Shown here piece by piece: positions 1 to 14,802 of a stretch of 64,000 nt of DNA; within the stretch, counting starts at the first letter, position 1; each line of letters begins with the position of its first letter. Where the stretch lies: the NCBI GenBank assembly GCA_964016885.1, contig OZ024742.1, forward strand, positions 207,762,001 to 207,826,000, in the 5' to 3' direction. Origin of the DNA: Eledone cirrhosa. Its lineage: Eukaryota. A model generated the notes under the pieces. It ran no database searches, had not been told where the DNA came from, and was given only the letters and a program-made list of their open reading frames with translations. The position numbers and the translations under genes are program-made.

Positions 1-1134
1 TCAGTCTTTATCCCAGATAGGGTGCACTTACTGTACAAGGCGTGTTTTCTAGGGTGAAATTTTTAGTATGATTCTTTGGTGAAAATATTTTCTACAGCCC
101 TTGAGCTACTATTCTAAATAAGTTAATATGTATATCACTCATACTGAAAGCTTGTAGTCCATCCAGTAATTCATCCCATTATCTCTACAATAACCAACGA
201 TATTTATTTTATGGTAATGTACTTTATATTAACGTATGGCATGTCAAAAAGCATGCATGGTACAAACAAAGTTAGAATTTAAATAATTGAATAACATTAA
301 AATAACAAACAAACACAAATCAATACTCGAGATACGACAAGATACGACAACGCTATCAAGATACAGCAATGTTAACTAACTCATACCAGCCCCTAGCAAT
401 ACGACACGACATACAGAGGATATAATTCAATTCAAGAATATATTTATGGGTTTCCACTAAAATATATAAATTAAAATAAGGTGAAGTGTATCCTGGCGTT
501 TCTGAAATAGAATTAAGCTCGTAACATCAGAATCACCATATCACTTGCACGTGGACTTATATTATACAAATGTTGTCAATTTATGATGTTGTTGTACCTC
601 ATAACATGTTTTTTTCCAGTCTATATTTTTAACTTCATAAGATAATTTGTGTATATGGCAAATACATGCCCCCACGTGAAGTTGTAACTTGAAATTTACT
701 TTTAAAATAAGCTTTGAAATATAATCATATATAAGATTGATTGATCCTAACTACGTGTATGTCGTCTTATGGGTCTTTTAAAAGTGATTGTACATTCCAC
801 TCTTTGTAAATCTTTTCTTCCTCCCCTTTACTGTTTATTTGTTTTAGTCTTGCACGTTCTATTTCTCTTATATCTTTCCAGTTGGCAGAACTATTCCCGA
901 TAGGCAATACTAATAGGTTTCCTTTCAGAAAGTGACTGTGCGCTGTCAACACTTATCACATTTACTCGTATAATTATGAGATATGCATGCAAATCATAAA
1001 TTTGGTCCCATTTCAGATAAAGTAGAATTATACAGTTAAAAGCTACAGAAATATTACTAGCTAAACTCGTATCAACATAACTGTTAATTTTGATGTTGCT
1101 CTTCTACATCTTTTTCGTCCACATATTCCTGTGC

Positions 1135-1380
1135 GGGCCGTATTGGCAGAATCTCAAGTACTCCAGCCAGTGGGTCCTGTCAGAAGCAACCGTTTCCAAT
1201 TGATCCGACTGGATCCCTGAGACCATTCGGGCTCATGGATATTATCCAAACATCTTGCTCGGAGTTTACCCTTGGGTCTCCTGCCGGTTGGATTTGCCCG
1301 TAAAATCTGTCGAGCGATTCTTTCCTAAGACATTCTAACCTAAATTCGGAGACGTAGCGGCTCCAACTGTTCTTCTATTT
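1135..1380 (-). mobile_element. RTE-like LINE 3' remnant
   Basis: The reverse strand translates as VRMS*ERIARQILRANPTGRRPKGKLRARCLDNI, matching the RTE C-terminal G.RPRGRP..RW motif. Confidence 0.6.
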
Positions 1381-1744
1381 ACAATTACTCAGAAGTTAAA
1401 TATAATGCAGTAGCAGTTCATTGAAGCTGTTATGAATACTTTTTAAAATAAGTATAAACCACTGTATATGATGTGCAGGAAATAAATATCACGATGTTCT
1501 TCAACACCAAACAATTAATACAAAATATACGTCTACGCTTGGGTAGGGTACTGCTATGATTAGTCTTGGCTATCGAAACATAAGCTGAATTTGAAATCAA
1601 AACAAAAAGAACCGGAACTGATACCGCAAGGCGTTTCACCCGACGCTCTAGCATTTCCACCGTAAATTATTGATCTCAAAATTTTGAAAGGCATTTAACT
1701 CTTTGTGGTTCATGAAATAAGTACCAACATTATGCTTGATTACA

Positions 1745-2078
1745 TTCCAGTGAATATACGATCGCGAAATGGGGTTCTTCTGGGGCTCTATGGAGTAACG
1801 TTACTCGATAGAGTGTGTAGCTAGGAGATCAGAGAGCTACTCCTAGTAGAGCTACTTCTCCGAATTTCGGACATGGGGTTAGAATGTTTCAGAAAAAAAA
1901 CCGCTGGACAGATTTTATGGACAAAACAAACCGACAAGAGACCCAGGAGTAAACCGTGAACAAGGCTGGTCTCGTTTGAGGATTTAGCCGGGTCAATTGA
2001 AGATGGTTGTTTCTGACAAGACCAACTGGAAGGAGTTCTTGAGGTCTCAAACTCCCAACCCTATTTGGAAAAAAGTGA

Positions 2079-2079
<1 letters not shown>
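1745..2079 (+). mobile_element. RTE-like LINE 3' remnant (same family as 1135-1380, opposite orientation)
   Basis: Decayed EMGF..LYGVTLLDRV..EIRELL..LLRI-FGHGVRM...RPR. It shares ggttagaatg...gacagatttta...gagaccca with the minus copy and ends in a microsatellite. Confidence 0.6.
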
Positions 2080-2109
<30 letters not shown>

Positions 2110-2245
2110 AGAAGAAGAAGAAGAAGAAGAAGAAGAAGAAGAAGAAGAAGAAGAAGAAGAAGAAGAAGAAGAAGAAGAAGAAGAAGAAGAAGAAGAAGAA
2201 GAAGAAGAAGAAGAAGAAGAAGAAGAAGAAGAAGAAGAAGAAGAA
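2079..2245. repeat. (GAC)n(GAA)n microsatellite
   Basis: Direct inspection. It explains the poly-D/E, poly-S and poly-R ORFs. Confidence 0.97.
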
Positions 2246-3345
2246 ACCAATAACGACAAAAAGTAAAAATCCTCAGAGTCTTGACATAAATTCAGCAATT
2301 CTATTTTACTATTTCAGCATTACCTCTTCTCTCTAGATATAGTATCATTATGACATTGAAATCAAATAAAGAAAACATTATTTAAATAAAGAAAACATTA
2401 TGACATTGAAATCAACAATAATCTCAAAACTGATATTTTTCTGATGAAATATTATTATTGGGAATTATAATATTTGAAATTATTGTATCATATTTCTAAT
2501 AAAATGTAAACCATTAAATATTGTTTGTATTTACAATATAATAAATAATTATAATTATTGATATTTGTAATTATACTTTATTTGAAATTGTTATAACATA
2601 TTTGTTATTGTTCTATGTGTGGCACTTGTAAGTATTGTAAAAGTTTCTATTGAAAATAATTGTAATATTTGTTAACACTAGCATTGTTTTCAACATGCTG
2701 AAGTGTATGTGTGTATGTGCATATGCATACATTCCTGTATGAGTATATAAATATAAACATGCAAACACAGACAGACTTACAAGAATAGACACTCAGACAA
2801 GCATTCACACAAACACACAATACATTCACACAAACACATACACACATACACATAACAAATGCCGCTATTTTGCTCTAGTTGTTTTCACCAGCCCTGCCTT
2901 CCTTTTACATACACATACATTCAGGCAGGCAGCAGAAGTAAAGAGTGAGGAGTAGTATGAGGTAGACAAACTAACCCTCTCTCTTTACGTGTTGTGACAG
3001 AATCACAGAAAATTATATATAGATTTTAAATATTTTTTGTAATTATAATTATTGTAATTATCGACTTTTATTATCATGTTTTTACTATTTTATCGTATTT
3101 GTAATAATTATGGGATTTTAAACTGGAAAAAAAGAAGAAAGATTCGTTAAAGGTTTCTTTTAAACCTCAAGGGGGGATTCTGAAGCAGTGGAGATGGGGA
3201 AGTGAACGATGTATCAACTGGAACAAGGAAAAGGAGGGTAGAGAATATATCTCTTACGATGCTGTAGTTGCTGCTGCTGCTGCTGCTGCTACTGATAATT
3301 GTTTCTACTCTCGGCACAATGCCAGCAATTACCCCAGTATATTAT

Positions 3346-5060
3346 CATCATCATCCTGGTCGTTTAACGTCTATCTTCCACGCTAGCATGGGTTTAGACG
3401 GGAATTGTCCCACGTGAGGCGAGATTGGTTGTCTCGCTCGTATAGGACTGTCTGGCAGATTTTCTACGGCTGGATGCCATTCCTAACACCAACCACGTTT
3501 ACAGTGTGGACTGGGAGGTGTTTACGGTGTTACCTACACGGCCACATTACAGCGTGGACTGTGTGTTTTTTTTTTGTTGTGACATATACACGACCTCATT
3601 TATTTAGGACTGGATGTTGTGGCACCAACATAACTTTAGGTGTAGATGGGGTTGGGGTTAAGGGTAGTGGGATGTGGTGTATTTTTGGTCAGCAGGTGCC
3701 TACTGACTGTAGGTTTCGCTTTGTACTTAGGCAAGGCGGGTCACTGTATTACTGTGTAGCGCCAAAGATCTCGGTCCAGTGACATTGTCTTGGAGAGGTA
3801 TAAGTGTGTAAGGTCGGAACTTATCAAATCGTCCCAGGTTTTTCTGGGTCTGCCTACTCCGTAGCGTCCGTCTATTTTAATCGCCCTGCACATTTTTATA
3901 CAGCTGTCGACTTTCATGCGCATCACGTGACCGTACCAACGTAGTCTTCTCTCGAGTAAACAGTATCTGATCCCGCTTATTCCTAATTTCTCACTTAGTT
4001 CATTTATGCTTTGCCGTTCACGTGTATTACAATTACACATCCAACGGAGCATGCAAGCTTCGTTCCTCTCCAGTCTGCGTATATCCTCTGCACACAATGC
4101 CCAGGTCTCACTGCCATGTAACATTTCTGTTCGTTTGCAGGCATCATACAGTCTGCCTTTCATTTTTAGGGAGAAATATTTAGTGGCCAATAGTGGTATA
4201 AGCTCTCTGAACTTTTTCCATCCCGTTCTGACTCTAGCTACTGTACTTTCAGACTAACCTCCACCACTGCTGATTTTGTCACCCAGGTAACGGAAGGTGT
4301 CTACTATTTCTATAGAACCATCTGGGCAATGGAAGGAGCTAGTATCCTGTGGGCACTTGCTACTACTTATTGCATCTGTGTTTGTGTCAGGTAAAAGTAC
4401 CACAGACGCTTATGTAGTCACTGTCGATTAGTTGGGAGGTAGTGAGCATTAGCGACTCATAGATTCTGTCTTTTATAACGCCAGGCAGTCCAGATTGGGG
4501 TGCGAAAGCAGATATTATTGTCACAGTAATTCTATTTAGGACAAGTCTTATTTTGTTTATTCTGTCGTTCACTCTATTTACGTCGATTACCTTATCTCCC
4601 CATTTTTCTGCTAACATAATTGCTACTCCATCCAGCCCATTTTCATTTCCCACCCAGAAAAGTTTATAGCATCGTTTTTTACCCACAATGAATCTAGCAG
4701 ACCCATTCCTCCACCTAGTCTCTTGGATGCAGCATGCATCAACTTCCTTGCGTTCAAGCATCTCTACAACCTCGTTAGAGCGACCTTTTAAAGTGCCTAC
4801 ATTCATGGTACCAACTCTGAAGTTTTGGATTTCGTTTGTTGGGTGGAAGGGATAGGATGGAGATGTAGGGAGGGGTGGGGGAGATGGGGTTATGTTTGCC
4901 ATCCGCGTCCGAAATAAAGAGGAATCCTTGCATTTTCGTCCGGCCACATGAGGTGAATTAATCTTTATCTTTGTCATTGTCATTTGAGTGTCCAGATTCT
5001 TGGCTCTCTCCAGAATCCCACGGTCCATCTAGCATATCACAGGCAACCAGGTTTAACCTT
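3346..5060 (-). mobile_element. RTE-clade LINE, internally deleted (APE endonuclease plus C-terminus; RT core missing)
   Basis: ORF 4387-5028 has APE motifs (VGTMNVGTL, CIQETRW, GVAI, ISAFAPQ). Region 3741-4380 has FRYLGD, MLHGSETW, RRLRWYGHVMR and GRPRKTW. The 3' UTR ends in (GAT)n at ~3346. Confidence 0.9.
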
Positions 5061-5384
5061 AAGAAGTGAATAGCTGGGGCGGTGGTTTTGTGTAAGAGTG
5101 GAAGAGATTGGTAAGAGAGACGTTTTAGCCGCTGAATTATGATTGTACCATCTAATAATGGTGGCGAGTAAGGGCAGGGGGCAGGATATGGGGGAAGTTA
5201 ACTAGATGGTTATTATTTTTTTAAACCTATAAACGAACATATAACAGTAATCAGTGTTTAAATACGAGAAGGTTATTAAACGAACGTATAACAGTAATCA
5301 AACTTTAAATACAAGACGATTGTTTTTAAGGGTCTGACAGAATTACGAATAAAATTGAATGTTTGGATTCTAAGTAAATGGACC

Positions 5385-6201
5385 GTGTAAAAACACTGGT
5401 AATTTATTTCATCGATCCCGTAAGGACGAAAGGTGAAGTTAACCTCGGCGAGATTTGAACTCAGACCATAAAGGGCCGTAACTCAAAGCATGGCGTCAGA
5501 CCCTCTACCGATACTGCCAATCAACCACTGCTGCTAGTGATAATGATGATGATGATGGTGAGGATAATGGCAGCAGTAATTGATGGTGGGAGTAGTAGTG
5601 GTACAGCTGATAATGATAATTGTTTCTACTTTTGGCACAAGGCCAGCAATTAACTCAATGTATTACTGGTGCTTTATTTTATCGACCCCGTAAGGTTGAA
5701 AGGCAAAGTTAACCTCGGCGTGATTTGTAGTCAGCCCGTAAAGAGACGTAACTCTATGCTGCAAAGCATGGCGTCTGACCTTCTACGATACTGCCATTCA
5801 AATGATAATTGTTTCTACTTTTGGAACAAGGCCAACAATTCCTCAGTACATTACTGGCACTTTATTTTATCGACCCCGTAAGGATGAAAGGCAAAGTTGA
5901 CCTCGGCGGGATTTGAACTCAGAATGACAAGGGCCGTAACTCTATGCGTCAAAGCATGACGTCCGACCCTCTACCGATACTGCCAATCCACCGCCATTAA
6001 AATGATAATGATAATTGTTTCTACTTTAGGCACAAGGCCAGCAATTACCCAGTGCATTACTGGTACTTTATTTTATCGACCCCGTAAGGATGAAAGGCAA
6101 AGTCAACCTTGGCGGGATTTGAACTCAGATCGTAAAGGGACGTAACTATGCTGGAAAGCATGGCGTCCGACCCTCTACCGATACTGCCAATCCACCGCCC
6201 T
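5385..6201 (-). mobile_element. Cluster of four tRNA-derived SINE copies (~190 bp), three of them abutting head-to-tail
   Basis: The sense strand has an A-box (TGGCAGTATCGG) and a B-box (GAGTTCAAATCC), then GCCTTTCATCCTTACGGGGTCGATAAAATAAAGTACCAG, ending GTAGAAACAATTA. Copies are at ~5385-5530, 5620-5796, 5810-5996 and 6016-6201. Confidence 0.9.
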
Positions 6202-7931
6202 TTAAAATGATAATGATAATGACGATCCTTTTGTTGTCGTTGATGAGGATGATGGTGATGATGGTGAAGGAGAAGCTGATACTGTTGCTGGTGTTGAAGA
6301 TGGTGGCCATCGTAATTGTTGCATTGGTTGTGTTGGTGATTGAGTTGAAGGGCGTGGTGGTAGTAGTAGCAATGTTGGGAACGTGGAAGAGTAATAGAAA
6401 AACAAGAGGAAGGAAAAAGTAAGCCTAATACAAAACATATGATGCTTGTTAATATTCTAGAATTAAAGTTATGTACTTAAAAAAAACATTCCCCCGATGG
6501 ATCAATGTTGCCCTCTCTCTGACGAAACATTTGATCAAATCACTACACCACTCCTTACACTCGCCAAAAAAAGAATACCACCTCCATGAGCCCTACTCCG
6601 CAGCATCCACACCACTAACATAATTGCACCAGAATCCTGTTCAAATTAAGTTGGCATCATCCGGAAGTTTCGTTGAGTTCAGTAAAGTTATTTATACGTG
6701 CATGGTGTAATACCAGTAGAAATATATTAACAATAAAAGCTTATTGAATGAAAATCCCTTTTTTTTCATTTTGTTTTCTGCAGAGGTCAATAGTAAATGT
6801 TTAAGAAAAACAGTAAATTATTGTGGAATGGAATGTTTGGCGGTAGTGATGGGGATAGTGGGAGATATTTCCTCAAAGACGAGCAAAGGCAGGTCAATAA
6901 ATAAACAATGAAAATAGCTTAAATCTCATTGCTAATCAATAAAGTTCTCTCAACCTATGTATTTCTTCCTCATACTCCACTGCAACCAACTCTCTCGTTC
7001 GGTTAAGTAGATCCGAAATATTGTACAGACGTTTTATAGTATTAATGCATACTGGGATCCTTTATGGTTGGCATAGCTTCAAAGTGCAGCCATAAATATG
7101 GTTTAGTGTGGATATAGTGGAGGTTGTTGAGGATATACATTTGCTTACTGGCTAGTGTAGGGTGAAAAGTAGAACAATGTTTATTGAGGTGTATATTTAA
7201 GAGATGATAAAGAGAAGGTCGGTGAGGTATTGTGATGCCTGGAGCCTATGAGAAATATGTAATAACCTGGTGACAGATGTTTTCGGTCGTGGCTGATATT
7301 TGTTAATGTGGTATAAAATGTATGCATGTGTTGTTATTGTGGTATAGTGGAATAAGGTGCGTGTTATATGCAGGAGTCTTGACAAACTAGCCGATATTTG
7401 GGTCAATTCAGTGGTATTCTCTTCCAATGATTATTCGGACTAGAAACCTGGATCCCTCCTCTTGATGTGCAAGGAGAATCAGCCAGCATATGCTCAATAT
7501 TTATTTTTGATGATTTTATTTATATTATACAGCTGATAGACTTCTAGCAAGTTGTTGCTGTCGTTTTGCTAAACTATGTTCAAAGAAATTCATTCCAAAC
7601 GTCATCATCCATCAGTTTTATATCGTCGACTAAATTGTCTAATGCGTGTTCTTCATTTAAGCCGACACACATTAGATATTTTATTCACTACCCTATCGTA
7701 ATCCGTATATAGGTTATAGGATGTAAGAGAGTGTTGGCTGCTATTCTAGCAATTTGAACGTCTAGGCAGTAGAATACAGTTGTGGCAGTTTCGTTTGTTA
7801 AACTGTTGATATGAATGTCCTTTAAATCAACCAAAATATTCTCATGGCGAATAGATGTTGCTCGAGCTCTATAGTAGTGATATGGATAATTACTGTTTAA
7901 TCCAAGTGATAGTAATTTATGTATATGTGTG

Positions 7932-7935
<4 letters not shown>

Positions 7936-8009
<74 letters not shown>
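7936..8009. repeat. (GA)n microsatellite
   Basis: Direct inspection. Confidence 0.97.
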
Positions 8010-8011
<2 letters not shown>

Positions 8012-8418
8012 AAAGCAGAGCAGTAAATACATCATCATACTGCTGCAACTCCAAACTAACTGGTAGAAACTCACACATAATATGCGATGTCAAAAATAAT
8101 AAAAGCAATTCCCCCATAAGATGAAAAAAACCTACACCTATCATAGCATTTCGCAATATAGTAGTTTCTTAATCAGTCATGATGTATAATTAAGTATCTA
8201 GTCCAATGACCTACGAACCAGTGAGTGCATACAACAAAATACATATTCTCATAGACTAAGCGACATCTGCTCTTCATTGTTTCAAACATATGAATATAAT
8301 TAGAGATAACGTATATACATTAGTAGTTATGTATACTAGTCTGCTTCACAGCACCAGAAAGATATTCTTATACGATCACCTCCACAAACAATTATACATG
8401 TATATGCACACACACAAA

Positions 8419-8611
<193 letters not shown>

Positions 8612-10647
8612 ATGATCAAGGGCCAGGCGTCCGAAATGAACAATTTAACGACAGAACGTGCAACTACAGAGCGGGCACACAGTGCCCCCTGCAGCGAAGA
8701 TGCCTAACGAAGGGCCTGGTATATAAATGTGTGGTTAGCACGCACAATATAAAGTGCACCTACATCGGTGCAACATCCACGACCTTTAAATCGCGGATGT
8801 ATAACCACACAAACTCTTTCAAGGATCGGAGCAAGAGGCACTCTACTAGGCTGGCGGACCTGGTGTGGGACCTGAAAGACAAAGGCACCCCGTATGCCCT
8901 CAACTGGAGTATCGCTCGACACGCGAATGCATATTCGGCTGGAGATAGAAAATGTAGGCTATGCCTATCCGAGGCCATGGAGATAGTCAGACTGAAGTAT
9001 GATGCGGTCAACCTGAAATCGGATATAATCATGACGTGCAGACACCAGAGAAGGTGCACACTCCCTGCATGGAACCCACCGGGCAGCCAAAGATAAAGGC
9101 ATACGGCGGAGCGCACGCCGACCAGAGCGGCGAAACGGGTTCAAAAGATCAGACACCATATCCTGTTGACTATATATGCCCCATGGGGTAAGCCGAAATA
9201 GCCCAGGATGCCTACCCGACTCTGCACGTCACCCTAGACAAGAACATCGCCTGAGCCGGGATAGGTTGACCCGGATTCCATTGATATTCAGTCAAATGCC
9301 TTAGACCAATAAGACACTATACCACAACCAGTGACATACTCCAGTATGGCCGGTCACGCACCCCCCTCTATGTGTATCTTTTCAGTAGAGAGTGCATACT
9401 CTCCACGTATTCCATTTTGTAACACCTAATGTATTTTCCGTATACAGATCCACGTGTGTATCTCATACATCTCTTGTGTACTATCTCATATGCATACACG
9501 TTCCTTCTTCTTTTTTTATATATATTCTGCACGCATTGTCTATGTACGGTCTACGCATACTACTTACTGTAATACCATGAACGCCCATTATGTGGCTTTG
9601 CGTGAAGATTCCGTATGTGGATTGATCCATGTTCGCAACGTAACAACATCTTTGTAGACACACATAACTGGGCGCACCCTTTCAAGTATAGCCCACTGTG
9701 TATCTCTATGTGCCGTTATATGTGTATGTTCACCTTATTACCAGAGGTTTCCCGAATAAGACGAATACAAGACAGGTCCGCATTCGTTCATCAGACAAGG
9801 CGATTTTATATATATATAAATATGTTATGCCTGCGTGGGTGTGAATGTGAATATGCGCGTATTTGTAGGAGTGTATATGAGCCAGTGTGTGTGTGTGTGT
9901 GTGTGTGTGTACAAGCACCCCTGTAGGGAAAGGGCTTGTTTGTGTATATATATGTGTGTTTACGAGCGAGTGTGTATCTGTGCGTGTATATATGTATATG
10001 GGTACGTGTGTGTATGTGTGTGTGCGTGGGTGGAGGGGGGTGGGTCTATGTATATGTCTGTACGTGTTTCTGTGTACGGGTATATATACGCTAATGCATG
10101 TGTATGCACACGTATCTATGTTGATGTATATAGGCATGTGGGCATGAGTCTGTGTATGTACGTGCCTCTCTGGATGCATGTATGCGTATGTTTATATGTT
10201 CATATGTTCTACTTAAGTGTGTGTTTATGGCGGGAGTCTATGCGTACGACTGTCGTTATCTACGTGATTATGTGTGTGTGTGTGTGCCTGAGAGTGCGCG
10301 CATGTATGTGTAAACTACCAAACACAGCAGTAATTTATTAAAGTGTAGCAGACATGGGACAGACAACGCCCTGATGATCAGTGGACTGGTACCTGTGGTC
10401 AGAATTATGATGACGTAGACAACCAGCGGCCAATCACAGGACACGCGAAGTTTTTGACGGTACTGGCCTAGAGGGTCAGATACCCCAGTGAGAGAATATG
10501 CTCCGAAATCATTAGACGTGTCCCTCGATCCTGCGGGTCCAGAATCAGACATATCCACACAATGATCGCGTCTCGAGCTGTCCGCCGGTGAAGCAATTGT
10601 AACACACTATAAATTGAGTTCAGACGCATCACTGATTTTTCGTTTTC

Positions 10648-10650
<3 letters not shown>
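8612..10650 (+). mobile_element. 5'-truncated Penelope-like element (Naiad-type GIY-YIG domain plus long 3' UTR)
   Basis: 8640-9096 encodes CNYR..CPL..CL...LVYKC...YIG.T...FKSR..NH..SF...ST.L...VW.LK...W.I...C.LC..E, the PLE GIY-YIG endonuclease. Both ends abut TA-rich microsatellite. The 3' extent is inferred. Confidence 0.8.
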
Positions 10651-10692
<42 letters not shown>

Positions 10693-10964
10693 AATATATA
10701 TATATATATAAATATATATATAAAGTAAAAATAACGGAGCAAAGGACTCGCGTATAATCCTGTAATTAAATGAGCTCAAAGGAAATAGTTTTCCTGGGCA
10801 CTTTAAAATACAATATATAGAGGGGAAAGACACAGAAGAGTGTGTTTTTCATTATATGAATTTCAAACCATCAGCGTGAGAAAAATATAAGCTACTAGAG
10901 GCATTGGTAAAACATTAAAATTAAAAGTATAAATTGAAATGAAAAACCATCCTCACATAAATCA

Positions 10965-11031
10965 CACATGTACACACTAAACCAGGAGCATGTTTCACCA
11001 TTTTAGTGGCCCGGTGGTTCATCAGCATGTG
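10965..11031 (-). ncRNA. Type I hammerhead ribozyme (complete)
   Basis: Minus strand reads cacatg-CUGAUGA-acca[14 nt]uggu-GAAA-caugcu[8 nt]agugug-UA-caugug. Stems I, II and III all pair, with a GUA cleavage triplet. Confidence 0.85.
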
Positions 11032-11116
11032 GAGGGCCGATATTGTCATGAAAAACACACTCTCCTGTGTCTTTCCCCTCTATATATTGTATATATATAT
11101 ATATATACATATGTAT

Positions 11117-14560
<3,444 letters not shown>

Positions 14561-14733
14561 CATGTGTGATTCGTTTTTGAATTTGTTTTGCGAAATTTGC
14601 TATCTGATAACGTGTGTTGAAACAGATATTGTGATACTTTGGGAGGCTCATGTTGCTAAATAATGGGTGCGTGTGTTTTTATTGGCAACATAACCCTCCC
14701 AAAGTATAACAATATATATGTATAACAATATAT

Positions 14734-14799
<66 letters not shown>

Positions 14800-14802
<3 letters not shown>

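Noticed and set aside
5385-6220. Repeat-spacer-like array resembling CRISPR
   Set aside because: Units are ~190-bp pol III SINEs with A and B boxes, spacers are target-site duplications, there are no cas genes, and the context is eukaryotic.
9157-9210. Hammerhead-like relic (atcctg...gaaa...caggat)
   Set aside because: The core reads TTGACTA and lacks a UH triplet, so it is too degenerate to call.
10362-10522. Hammerhead with a very long stem II (CTGATGA at ~10372, GAAA at ~10505)
   Set aside because: Stem I pairs imperfectly (gacaacgcc/gacgtgtc), but the stem II base and stem III do not pair. At most a decayed relic.
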